From: Moniliella sp. 'wahieum'
Taxonomy: Eukaryota
Assembly (NCBI GenBank): GCA_003971905.1
Contig: RSEE01000004.1
Coordinates: 310,001-374,000 of the forward strand
Reading direction: 5' to 3'
DNA length: 64,000 nt
The notes beneath the pieces are model-generated. The model ran no database searches. It was not told the origin of the DNA and was given only the letters and a program-made list of their open reading frames with translations. A program made the translations under genes and the position numbers. Each line of letters begins with the position of its first letter. Positions within the stretch are counted from its first letter, which is position 1. Positions 50,506 through 63,250 of the stretch are shown here, piece by piece.

Positions 50506-50577
50506 AACTAAGGCCAATAACCGCACAGAATCGTCGTCACAAAGTCGGAGAACGGAGGAAAAAGGACAGGCTATCCA

Positions 50578-52110
50578 TCAGTACCATGCAACGCACCGAC
50601 CTTTGCGTCCAGAACCAAAAGATTCAGCACGGAAACAACACGAATAGATAACCCAGCCAGCGCCACCACCACCACCGCGGAGACGTCCAGGGCGCTTTCC
50701 TGGTCTCAGCTTGGTCCCTTTCCGGTTGGCCTTCGATGGTATCCAACGCCGCCGATGTGGGTGGAGAGCAATGCTGAGTGGACAAAACCAACGGCGACCT
50801 GAATTGCACATGATAGCTCTCGCCCGTTTCCTGGGGAGGAAGGCTGATGGAGGAAGGACGTCCTACCACAGCTTTTCCTCCTTCGGATTTAATTCGAAGG
50901 ATGTACCTCCTGTGGTGCTTGAAGGAATGGCTTCTCCCCTCTCGCCATTACTTCGTTGAAGGACCAATACGGAGCCCATTTGCCTCGGCTGAATCTGGGA
51001 ATCTTTCTCTTCGTTGGTGCGATGAAGAACTGTACTATTAATCGGAAGGGACGCCTCGTCTGAAATTGGGATCTCAGCACGGTCAGAAGGCACAGGCCGA
51101 GTGGTTGGGGAGGAATGCTTGGTGTTTGGGCCATCCTGCATTGCGCCAACACGATCGTGCCCCCCTTCCGCAGCGATGCCCCCACTGCGCGTGCCACAGC
51201 GATCGCCAATCAACTTGGAAAGTGATGGAAGAGGAGGGACTTGGTTCCAAGATGATTGACTTCCTGAGACGGGCAGTCGCTTGCGGCGCTTAGAACGACT
51301 ACTCGGAAGGGATGCGATGCTGTTGTGCCGGATGGATGGATGATGCAAAGGCCCACTTATTCTTCCAGTACTAGACACGGATTGCGGGCTCCATGGCTCT
51401 GCCCCAACTGATGGGAGAGGAGAACTGGAGCAAGTTGGGGATATGGCAGAGCCAAAGAGAGTCGAGCCTAGCACATCAGGGTAAGGTAAACTTTGACCTG
51501 TTGCAGGACTCTCGCAAAGGTTGGTAGAGCCAGCGGGGATTGTGAGCGCTGCAGGCTTATGGCGCCTGGGGGCCGATTCAAAATCGCCCACGTTATGGGC
51601 ACTGTCGGTCTTGAGCATAGTGCCAGGTGAAGGGTGAACAGAAAGGGTGGATGTCGGACGAGTATGTTGGCTGGAGGTGGCCGAAATGTAGCTCAAGTGT
51701 GGCCTGAGGCTCATGACCCGCATTCCTTCCCCAGTTCTGTTCAATTCTGGGGCGACCATACCACGCTCCATGAAGTTATGATACTGGGAGAGGGACAGGT
51801 GGCCCTCTGCACCAGGAAAAACCACGCCGGAATTGCAGGATTGGCGTATAACGAGGCAGGAAGGACATGGCCAAAGATGGCAGATGACGATGGGGAGGCC
51901 AGCCACTCTTCCCCAGCATCGTCGGTGCTGGCGGTTAGCCTTCTGTCGGTCTCTTGGCTGTAGACAGATGTCGGTGTTGGCATAAAGTCGGGAGGACGAA
52001 GGATAGATGGAAGAGGATGAAATGATATTGGATACTCGTTCTTTGGATGAACATCGTGACGGAGACCCCGATCCGCAGTTCTCAATAAGCACCGGAGGTG
52101 CCGTGGTCAT
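50578..52110 (-). CDS. Hypothetical Ser/Pro-rich protein
   Basis: 415-codon ORF 50863-52110, probably continuing by frameshift to 50578. No recognisable domain. Confidence 0.35.
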
Positions 52111-53956
52111 CTTCGTTGTGTCCTATATTGTGCCCGCCAAAGCGACTACAACTCTATAAGGAGAAAGGGACAGAGCACAGGTTTGAAGTTGAATGGCGAC
52201 GTTATTCGAAAAGCAGTTGGTTTTTCCTGTTGCGCTCCGGACCCTCCGACGGAGAGTATTCAATGCGGTTCCTTGCAACAAGGGCTAGTGGTGTTTCTAT
52301 GGGGAATACCGCGTGAGGATGATCGATGACCGGTGACCGGGGAACTCACCGATGAACGGCGGTCGACCAAAAGCGCTCCGATCGCAGTACAAGCTGAAAA
52401 CGCTTTTTCTTGTTCTCAGCGCTTCCGGCATCGCCGTGTGACATGGGCATCACATGTAACGCGTAACAATATTGCAAAACAAGTGGTGCACTCCCGACGG
52501 GATGAGGTCGATGAGGGGCTGTATGCCGATGATCGATGAGCATAGCCGGAGACTAGCTCGCTCGCTTGTGCCCGTTGAGCTCACCATTGTCCACAAACCA
52601 CCACGACCACCGAGAGCCACCTGAGGTTGAACGCGTATGCAATCCACGCGTAGCTTTCATTGAAGGACCCAGCATGGTCACTTCTCCCGGGCAACAACGG
52701 AGGATGAAAGTCCCAACCCAGTTTCCGCGGGCAACCAAGGCCGGCGTGCAACGTGCCACCAGTCCACCAGTCCACAAGCCCAGAAGTGCACAAGTCCAGA
52801 CCATATTGCATGTTCTTGCCAGGGTGAAACCAGCAGGGGGGGGGGTTCACGTCGATGTGATTGCTCTCATGGATCGCAGGTCTAGGATGAATGGTTGGGA
52901 GACATGGGGGTGCAGATGCGCCACTTCTTGGGCGGAGTGTTTGGCAAAGACGTCGCTCGCGTCACTGGGCGTATTTATGGCCACCCATATGGCCGCAAGC
53001 TGGCACCACGGTCCCTGGGATCGCGATGATTCTAGAGGGAAGAGGTGCAATGGCACATTTTAGAGGTGGTGGTGGTCTAAACCAATAAGACACCTACCGA
53101 GGGACACCCTGCAGTAAGTCTCCACCGGGTCTGGCCGCAGAACTGAGAAGACGGAAACAAGAAAACAGTGGAGCTTCCAGGCCTGAAGGGATGTTGACCA
53201 ACCGCACGAGCCACCCGGCACGAATTCGTGGTGGATGCCTATCCTTCTCGCTGATTTGACGGTAACAGGACGTGGTGTGCGTGTATCCTCTCAACGGCCT
53301 GTTGGGACACCTGTTGTCGTGCAACATAAGCGTGCCTGTCATACGCCTAACTATCCTCATATGCTCATCTGATACGCTCCCAATCCGCCAAGGTACGCCG
53401 ATTATCACAGGTCAACGTAGTACTATATCACAGCTATGTGCATATCTGATCGAAAACCCGTCTTTTTGATTCTTAAGTGCAGACTGGAAACTTTGGGAAC
53501 AGCAACCGCGGTCGGAATGATGGAGAATGGAGGTTGCCCCTCCTTCCACTGCGAAAGGGGGGGTGCGAATCAGAAGGGTATTCGGAGATGTCGACTTTGC
53601 GGCGGTTGAGATTAGCCTTGGTGAAGCTGGGAGACATGACCCCGCTGTGGAAGATGGTACAGGGGACATGGACCTGTCTACTCGATTCAATGGAATGAGA
53701 CTATACAGCGGAAACGCTGGATCTATTTAAAGAGAGCGGGGCTAAACACCGGCACGTCAGGATTGTACACGCAGCGCACAAGCGCCACGAATCGATTACG
53801 ATCACGAGGTGTGGGCATCGGTGCGGTAGGCAGGGAAGAAATCTCAGCCGTAGAAAGGAACGTTCAGCAGAGCGAAACGTATTTAAGAGAGGAGCAGGGG
53901 GATGAAAACATGGGGTAACGAGAAGCAAGAGAAAGGTCCAAGTAAGGACGACAGGT

Positions 53957-56034
53957 TTACTCCTTCTTCTCCTCAGCGTTGGGGCTGCTGGCTCTCGGCG
54001 TTGCGCTTCTCGTAAATCTGCTTGAAGAGGCCGAGCGAAGCTTGCTGGGTCTCGTTGATCTGTTCCCGCACTTGGTCGGGGGTGATGTCCGAGTCGCCGT
54101 TCTGGGCCTTGGCAGCCAGCTCCTCCGTCTTCTTGATGAGCTCGTTGAGCTTGTCCTTCTCCTCCTGGGGAAGCTGGTCGGCGAACTCGCCCAGAGCCTT
54201 GGAGGTCTCGGCGCACACACCCTGCGCACGGTTCGCCTCCTCGATCAACTCCTTCGCGCCTTGTCAGCCTCGGCGTGCTTCTCAGCATCTTGCACCATGT
54301 CTCAATCTCCGAGTCAGACAGACCCGACGAGGCAGCAACAGTAATGTTGGCGTCCTTGCCGGTGGCCTTGTCCTTGGCGCTGACGGAAAGGATACCATCG
54401 GCATCAATGTCAAAGGTCACCTCGATTTGAGGCACGCCACGAGGGGCGGGAGGAAGGCCGCCAAGGTTGAAGTTGCCGAGGAGCTTGTTGTCCTTGACAA
54501 GCTCGCGCTCGCCCTGGTACACCTGGATCTCCACCGCAGTCTGGCCATCCGCGGCAGTCGAGAAGATCTGCGACTTCTTGGTCGGGATGGTGGTGTTGCG
54601 GTTGATGAGACGAGTGAAGACGCCACCAAGAGTGTTGATACCCAGCGACAGAGGGGTCACGTCGAGGAGGAGAATGTCAGTCACATGACCCGAGAGGACA
54701 CCACCCTGAATGGAAGCGCCGATGGCAACAGCCTCGTCGGGGTTGACACCCTTGCTAGGGTCACGCTTGAAGATATCCTTGACCGTGGTGAGAACCTTGG
54801 GCATACGGCTCATACCACCAACCATGATGACAGCGTCAATGTCCGAAGGCTTGGCACCAGCGTCAGCCAGGGCCTTCTTGCAGGGCTCAACCGTGCGTTC
54901 CACAAGCTTGCCGACGAGCACCTCGAGCTGAGTACGAGTGAGCTTCTGGTTGATGTGCTTGGGGCCGCTAGCATCGGCGGTGATGTAGGGCAGCGAGATC
55001 TCGGTCGAGGGGGCGGACGAGAGCTCAATCTTGGCCTTCTCCGCGGCCTCACGAATACGCTGGATGGCCATGCGGTCGCCCGACAGATCAATGCCGGACT
55101 CCTTCTGGAACTCCTGGACAAGGTGCTCAACAAGCACAATGTCAAAGTCCTCACCACCCAGGTGAGTGTCACCGTTGGTCGACTTGACCTCGAACACGCC
55201 GTTCTGCATCTCGAGGATCGACACGTCAAACGTACCGCCACCCAAGTCGAAGACAGCAATCGTCGCCGCCTCGTTCTTGTCAAGACCGTAGGCGAGGGCA
55301 GCAGCAGTAGGCTCGTTGATCACACGCAGCACGTCGAGACCAGCAATGGTACCAGCGTCCTTGGTGGCCTGACGCTGCGAGTCGTTGAAGTAAGCAGGCA
55401 CAGTAATGACGGCGTGCTTGACGGGCTTGCCGAGGTAGGCAGCAGCAGTTTCCCGCAGCTTTCCGACAACAAACGCACCAATTTGCTGGGGCGAGTAGTT
55501 CTGGCCGCGCACCTCGAGCCACGCGTCGCCGTTGGAGTGGGCGACAATCTTGTAGGGAACGTTCTTAATGTCCTTTTGCACCTCAGCGTCCTTGAACTTG
55601 CGACCAATCAAACGCTTGGTGGCAAACAGAGTAGCCTCGGGGTTGACGACGGCCTGACGCTTGGCAGGCACACCAACCAGGCGCTCGTTGTTCTTGGTGA
55701 ACGCAACGACCGAAGGGGTGGTGCGGCCACCCTCCTCGTTTTCAATCACACGGGCTTGTTGGCCCTCCATGATGGAAACGCACGAGTTCGTCGCTGTGAA
55801 TTGTAGCAGAAATAGTCAATATCGGAGCAAAGAGAAAGGGAGGGGTGGGGCATTAGGATGATACGCACTGCCAAGGTCGATACCGATGACGGGGCCGCTG
55901 ACCTTGCCGGTGGAGTTGAAGCGCACAGCACCAAGACGGGCGGCATTAAAGGGGGCAGCGGATGCGCCAGCCGAGCGAGCGGCCAGGAGGCGAGCCGATG
56001 GGAGTGCAGCCTGGCGGAGGGTGCGGGCGAGCAT
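53957..56034 (-). CDS. SSC1: Mitochondrial Hsp70 (mortalin)
   Basis: Arg/Ala-rich presequence [20 protein letters not shown]. Intron 55794-55868 joins VIGIDLG-TTNSCVS. Motifs [27 protein letters not shown] and [13 protein letters not shown]-terminus AEEKKE* reached through frameshifts. Confidence 0.96.
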
Positions 56035-57145
56035 GATGGGGGTGGAAGAAGTGGTGGTCGTGATGCCAACCCGAAGCTTGGCCAGCCGCGCATTAAAGAC
56101 GCCCCAGCTCTTGAAGCTTCAAGCTTCACCTGTAGAATAGAAGGAACGGGCAGGATGGAAGAGCGGACACTGCCCCGTGCTCAAGTGCGGGGCGGCGGAA
56201 TGAAGCGGAATCCAAGTGAACACCGGAACCGAAGCAGGTTTGAAGCACGGCGTCTGTGTAGTGGGCACCGAACCGGCCTTGGCGTCATTATTCTTCGGTG
56301 CAACCCAGACTCATTTAATTGTTTCTGGCGGCACGCAGCGAAAGCTTCTACAGAAGCTGGGTGCTGTCCAACAGGACTGTGTGGGAGGGGCATATCTCGA
56401 AATCAAGATGCGATCAGCACAAAAGGTTGGAATACATGCGGCTGCAAGAAGTGCCAAAAACGCAAAGGAAAGAGGACAGCCGCTTTCGGTACATCGGCCT
56501 CTTCTGGTGTAGGGCGAAAGATTTCCAATGAGAGTATAATTGCACCCAAGAAAACGATGGCTTTTATTGACACAATTGAGATGCTGTGTGTCATGTTGTG
56601 CTTTGTTTAACGTTTACGTCCTTCCAAAATGTGTAGAGCGTCCCTCCATCTCCATAGTTGGGAAAAGGGATGGGATGCAGATTATGCCAGTGGGCAGAGT
56701 AATGCCCCCGTCATATGCAATCCATCACCCAGAGAGAAGATCGAATGCCCGGCACGCACACATGTGTAATGGGCGGTTAATTGGTATGCAATTGCTTGAC
56801 AACTCAGGCAGCACCGGCATTACGGCAACAAGGCTCTTGGCCTCGGTCGTGTACGCGCCGTAGTCGCAATCGCCCCCCGAAAGGTATGTGCCGCGCAAGC
56901 CATTGATATTGACTGCCTTAAGATCGACTTAGACGACCTATGCGGGGCGGTTGGGCGGAATGCGACTTCCGTGAGAGTGGTCACCGGTCACCGGTCACCG
57001 GTCACCGACCACATACCACACACACGCATGACAGGTCAGGCGTCGGCTCGTGGTTGATATTTTTTTCGGCAGAGGATATTGGGAGGCCCCACAGCAATTT
57101 GGCATCGTTTGTGGGTGCCTCTGCCCCCTCTGGGGCTTCTCCACC

Positions 57146-58642
57146 ATGGCCGTTTCCACTCTGCGCAAATCGACCGGCGCTCCGGCGGGGAAGAGCGGAT
57201 CGCGGAAGACCAAGACTGCCTGGCGCAAAAACATCGATCTTACCGATGTCGAAGCCCACCTCGAAACGACGCGCGCTGCCGAGCGCGGCGACACTACTCG
57301 CTCTTCTCCATGGACACCCAGGGCGATTCGGCGCTTCGCCCCAACGGCCCGCGGCCCCTCAAGTCGCTCGACATTCTCCAAAACAAATCCGCCGTACCCG
57401 CTGTCACGCACTTGCGTGGCCGAAGAAACGTGGTGAGCGCGGCTGACGATGCGGATGCGGTGGCTCGCTTGCGTCGGGCGGCGTGCCAGCCAAAAAAGTG
57501 CGTGACCGTCTGCGTCGGGCAGCGGGCAAGGTGGTTACCGATGCAATGGGCGGGATAAGCAAGGCGGACCAGGACAAGCTGCAGGATTACCGCGGGGTTG
57601 ACCGGGTGGCTGATCGGGACTTGTGGGCCGACGAGGGGCGGAGGAGGGTCCGAGTGCACCAACTCGAATCAATTATGATCCTGAGTGGGTCGCCGACCCG
57701 AGGGATGAGAAGCCCAAGCCCCCCAAGTCGCTCTCGGCGGCCATGGAAGATATGCGCTCGGCGCTGGGAAAAACCCACAAGGCCAATGCGGGGCATGAGC
57801 AAGTTGTATTGGCGCGCAAGCTGGCTGCTGTACCTCTCCCTCACCCAGGCATGTCGTACAACCCCGAGGCCGAGATCCACGAGGCGCTCATAAATAGAGC
57901 ATTTGTGGTGGAGATGGCTCAGGCGCAGGAGGGATGCGAACGACAAGGTGCGGGCGTTGTGGGAAAAAATGAGTGCTGCGGAGCGGGCAGAAGTACTTGC
58001 CAGCAATGGCGCTACTGCTACCTCTTATCGGGGGATGCAGATTGATGTGCCACCGGAAGAATCCGAGTCCGAGTCGGAAGCCGAGGCAGAAGCGAGGCAG
58101 AATCGGAGATGGACCACGAAGTGGCGCTGTTGAGGGAACAACAGCGCCAAAAAGCCATCAAGGGCAAGCGTAAGACTACCGCTCAGCGGCATCGTCATGC
58201 TCGGGCTCGGGCCCAGATGCATTTGCACCACGAGGCCAAATCGTACAACCGGTACATGTCGGCCATGCCAGGCAAGTTGCGCGAGACATCGGAAGTGGAT
58301 GCAATGTCCCGGGCCCGACTGCTGGCGGCACAGCGCCGGCGTGAGGCCAAACTGGCGATCCTAGCCAAGACGGGGATGAAGGGGCAGAAGGTGGCGGGCC
58401 AGAGGCTCGATGACTATGGGACAAGGACACGATAGCGTCCAATTGCCTGAACACTTGTCGGAAAACTTGCGCGCCATGAAGACCGAGGGCAACTTATTCC
58501 GCGAACGCTTCCAGTCGTTGCAGACCCGTGCTCTTACGGAGCCAAGCGCACCATCTCGGCTCGTGAGCTGAAAAAGGCTAAGGACTCACGCAACTACGGC
58601 TGGAAGGAAGTTGAGCGGTTCGCCTTCAAGAACTTTCAGTGA
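57146..58642 (+). CDS. NOP53: 60S ribosome biogenesis factor Nop53 (GLTSCR2/PICT1)
   Basis: SRKTKTAWRKNIDLTDVE, AIM-like LFSMDTQGD, PLKSLDILQNKSAVPAV, PHPGMSYNP, and C-terminal VQLPE..LRAMKTEGNLFRERFQSLQTR. Confidence 0.9.
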
Positions 58643-58983
58643 TAAGTGCTGCCGCAGGCTATACATGTATTTCGTTCATTTCGTACGCAATGGGCTAACA
58701 TATGTTCTGGCACCGGTATGTGCCTTGCAGGCTGGGAGGGGGAAAGATGCGAGAATGAATTGAGAGAGCATGACTGTCCTGAACAGGGCAACAAAAGCCA
58801 GACCATTTGACCCGGAGCATGAAAGAAAAAAGAAACGGGGAGAAAAAAGTGTTCGGGAGGGCTATGTCCACGCAGATGAAGAACCGGGGGTATGGATGGT
58901 GTTGAGAAAGGCATACAAACTGAAGCCTTGACTCGTAATGCATAATGCCTCGGGGCAAAAAAGGGCGTGGAATAGGGAGGGCG

Positions 58984-61900
58984 CTACTTGACCTCCAGAT
59001 CACCAAAGATATGCTCCACGTCCGGCCACTCGGCGGCTGCCTCGTCTTGCGCTTGGAAGCGCAGAGCGCCCACCTTCTCGCGGGTCCAATACGTGGGCAC
59101 ATTCGGCGCCTTGCCTGACAGAGAGCGGGAAGGCTGCCCGTGTCCTTGGGACACGATAGGGTCAAATACACGACGATCGTAAGGTTGCTTATGGGGTGCC
59201 CAAAGGGTGTCCCGTGAGTCAGGATCGATGGTGCGGGTGAACCAGCGAGGCTTATGCGGGGGCATTTCGCCCGCTTCTCGCTTCCGTCGTGTGCCCGTTG
59301 CAGCTCCTCCAACTCAATCTTAAGAGTGTTGGCGTCCTCGAATCGGCCTGTTTCAAACGCACGTAGATCGGGCCGCAAGCGGCAATCGGTGGGAGGCAAC
59401 CAAAGATGCAGCCCCTTGGGCAAGTCATTGAGCGTGATCGCAAATGGCGGTAAGTTCTGTATCATCGTCAGCACGCTGCCAGGGAACAACAGGGACAGGA
59501 AGGAAGAGAAACGTACGAAGGGAGCCGGTGGCTTCTCACTATTCTTCCATAGTAGGAGGTACTTGGCCTTCTCTTCAGGCTTAGTTCCAATGGGGGCGGA
59601 TGTTCGAACAGCGTGGTCAGGATTGAGTTCGCCCACATCCGTGCCAATGCGTCGAGCAACCAGTTGGGAATTCCATCTCCCAGCAATCTCCCAGCGAAGG
59701 TTCCCCTGGGCATCGTACACGGCACCTTTGATACCATACGCGTCCTTAGAGCGCCAGCCACGCTGCTTAAACGTGAGCACACACCTGTCGCCTGTTGCGT
59801 GGTTGATCACCTCCATGTCGCCAAAGTGATCGATAGTTGTTTGGCCGATCAGGAAGCCACTAACACACGTCGTAACCTTGTTCCATGTGTAGTGCTCAAA
59901 GTACTTGGGCGGCTCATCGGGCCCAAGGATACCTGGCTGTGGCTCCACTGACGCCAATTTTTCCTTGGTCCACGACGCCTCGGCCCAATCCCGTGGTACT
60001 TTGAGGTTGGCGTGCGCCACCCCCGTTGGGCGAATCTCGAACGTCCTCCCAAGGAACTTGGACTTGGCATCAACACAGCCAAAGTATTGCCATCCAGGAG
60101 ACTCGGCAAAGCAAGCCGAGATGGGCGGATGGTGGGAGACTTGCTCGCTCAAGTAGCGGAATTCCTTGCTACGAGAGACGTACTCAAACGTCTCCCCCAA
60201 CATGGGGTTGAACGGCTTGGCAATCCGGCCAATGGTGGACGAGTAATTGGACATGGCGAATGCTGCCACATAGGCGATCCGCTTGGTTGAATCTTCGGTG
60301 CGCGACGCAGCGTCGAGGCACTCGCTGAATTCCATATCCTCCGCCATACGCTGGAGCATCGAGGTGGGTTCGTTGAACGAAACTGGAAAAGAGATCTTGG
60401 TCAAGTCCTTACCAATGTTGTTCCTCAGAACGCCCCAGAGTGACACTGAGGGCCGCACATCTCGTCCGATTGGCATCTCGTGTCGGACGTGGTCATATGG
60501 CTTGATCCCCTCCATGTGGATCAGACTCGGGTCAATCTTTTGAAGCTCCGATGGGGGCTCGGTAAGTTGCGACTCGACCGTCACATTGGCCAATGTGCCC
60601 CGTTCCACAGCGTCGTAAAACTCATCTTCCGAATCCGATGCTTCCTCTCCCGCAAGACCAAGGGCACCTTTTCCGGCCTGAAGGGACGGCCGTTCCAAAG
60701 AAGCTTTCGGTGTTTCCTGCGTCACGTTGGTAGTGGCATTGTCCTCGGACACGGGGGCATATCAGCGCCGACTGGGGTACGGAGAGCCAGCTGGTTGCGG
60801 AGCTCCTTGATCGTCCTCCGTTTCTGTGCTCCGTCGTCCGTCAGACGGGCGAGATTGTGCTCCATCTGCTCGTACTGCTTAGCCAGAGTCTTGAGGTTCT
60901 CCTCCCACAGAAGTTTGGCCGATATCTCTTGGCTGTAGCGGCGGCGGAGGTACGCTTCCCTTCTCTCAACCGACTGATACTGCGCCAAGAGATCGACGAT
61001 CGAGATCAAGTCGTCCCGAATGGCCAAACGAGTGGACAGTGTATCGACAGGCCCACCATCCGACACAAGTCCACCGTCCGAATCGCGCAAGATTTCCGTC
61101 CCATTCGCACAGCGATCTACCATTAACTCGGAAAGAGCCTTGGCCAGCTCAGCACGAGTGGTAAGCGAATTGGTGAGCAAAGAAAACTCATTGTCGAGGG
61201 TAGACCATCCTGCATCAACTTGGGATTACTCGCGTTGGACTTGCCATACAAGTCGCCCGTCATTGTGCTTCCATGATCTTCGCCATAGAGAAGAGATGCA
61301 TCGTCCGCCTCCCTGGATCATGTGGTGGGGTCAAGTCCGTACCCGTGTATGACACGGCATAATTCTCGTACCTAGAGGCAGGCGTAAGGGCCCGTATCAC
61401 TCCGCTACTCTTTCCCCCATCGCCAGACATCGACGAAAAGGAGGGGAACGCAATGGGAGAAGAGATCCGGCTTGGGGTTTTGACCCTGCTGGTGATGCTG
61501 CTGGCTATACGGGACAAACGGTTGCCGGTCGCCGAGGCTGGGCGGGTGGGAAGTGGGGCACTAGTAACATCCTGGGACTTAGGTCCGCTTTCCCCGCCGG
61601 ACAAAGACGGAAAACCTCCGTTACCGTAACCGACACTGGTGTCCGCGCCCTATATTGAACTGACCAATCGTCGTCGGGTTCGCCACAGATGCCACCCTGG
61701 GCTTGGGTGCTACAATAGGGGGTTGCTGGTAGGGGGAGTGTTGGCGGTTGGCGACCTGGGTGAGATGGAAGGATGAAGGCTGGACGGTGCAGAACCACCA
61801 ACGAGGGGGACCTGGAGGCTGAGGCTCGGCCTTGAAACAGGTGATGCTCTCCGCATTCCAGGACCAGGTTCGAGATTCTCGCCCAACTCTTGCGGGTGAG

Positions 61901-63250
61901 CGCGGAAGTAGGCTTGCGTCTGGAACAAAAGCTGGACCCAACGGGCGCGTTCGGCCGGGTGGGATCCACGCAGCAAGAGTTTCGAGTCGACGACGCCCTT
62001 CTTGCCTGGCTCGGACAGAACCTCAAATCGCAATGGGTCAGACGGGTCTGCATTCACGGTCGCGTACTGCAGGTTAATCGAACCGCGAATCTGGCGACCT
62101 TGGTCCGATGGCGAGTGGTAGTAAGACAGGGCACCGTTCTCTAGAACAAACCACCGGGGCTTGTACCGCATATTGGTCAATTTCCCCAGCCAGCCTTTGA
62201 ATGAGGGTGGTTTGATGGGGCCCGGCGACTGTTCATTTGGAACAGGCTCAAATTGGCGTTGCCCAGTTGACGCAAGAGGGCACGGAGACGCTCGTCCTTG
62301 GTGGCTTCCAGACACGGCTGGCCGTCCCTGTCACCAGCAAAAACATCGGCCCCCTTGGCGGCGGCCAACTCGATCATGGCAGTGTCCTTGTAGCGGACTG
62401 CAGCATGAAGCAAGGTGCCACCCGTCTCTGGCGAAGGCGCGTTGAGATCAAGGGCGCGGTACCGGTTGAGCGTTAGCAAATCGGTCAGCTTGTAGGCACC
62501 TTCCTCGCGGGATGTCTCGTATAAAGTGAGCGCACGAAGGAAGGAGGCGTTGAGTTCGGCACGGGACACTTGGAACAAGCTCGCGATGCCAGGGTTGGCG
62601 GCGACCTCCATCGGCTCTTGGCCTTGGTAGTTGCGGATCAAGTCGTCAATGTCGCGGCGCTGGAGCAGCTCTTTATGGCATCGGAACGTCCACAAATGCT
62701 AGCAAGGTGGAGAGGCGTGTTACCATGCTGGATTTCCTGAGTGTTGACGTCGAGGTCTTGGTACTCAGCATGCGAGCAATGGTGGTGTCCTCGGCACAGC
62801 GCATGGCAAGATGGAGGGGCGAGGTGAGCTCGGTGACTTCGGCGGCGGGTACGATGCCGATGGAATCGGAAGGGAGGGGGGGCAGGTCAGTGTTGACAGA
62901 ACTGGCTGTGTTGGCACGCTTGCGGGTTTTGCGAGCAATGTGACGTGCGCGAAGAAGGAAAGGCTCGAGGACCTGCGGGTCGCCGGTGCGAAGGGCGTCG
63001 AGAAGCTTGAAGGAATAAAGGGTGTCGTTGACGCGTACACTCGCCGCCCGTGAAGGAGCAGCAGGAGCAGAATCGGGGGAAGCATCGGGGGCAGGGCTGG
63101 GGCAGAGTCGGGCGGCATCGGCGAGGGGTTGGTCACACCAGCGCCTGCTTCATGCTCCTCCGGCACGAGGGGGGGGTGGGAGCCACGGCGTGGGCTGGGG
63201 CGGGTGTTGATGGCCTGGCGGCTGGCGCGGTGGCGCATCTTGCTGTACAT
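58984..63250 (-). CDS. Long oxysterol-binding protein (Osh1/Osh2-type: ankyrin + PH + FFAT + ORD)
   Basis: Ankyrin-like TSPLHLAMR and GGTLLHAAVR; PH domain KGWLGK..RWFVLENGALSYY..RGSINL; FFAT motif SDSEDEFYDAVE; DLTKISFPVSFNEPTSMLQRMAEDMEF; OSBP fingerprint EQVSHHPP. Intron 59457-59516. Confidence 0.93.

Noticed and set aside
52566..53730. Possible fragmented + strand gene between the hypothetical ORF and SSC1
   Set aside because: Short ORF pieces without a recognisable domain; a consistent model could not be built.
54022..55806. 594-aa ORF antisense to Hsp70
   Set aside because: Well-known antisense open frame of GC-rich hsp70 genes caused by codon bias.
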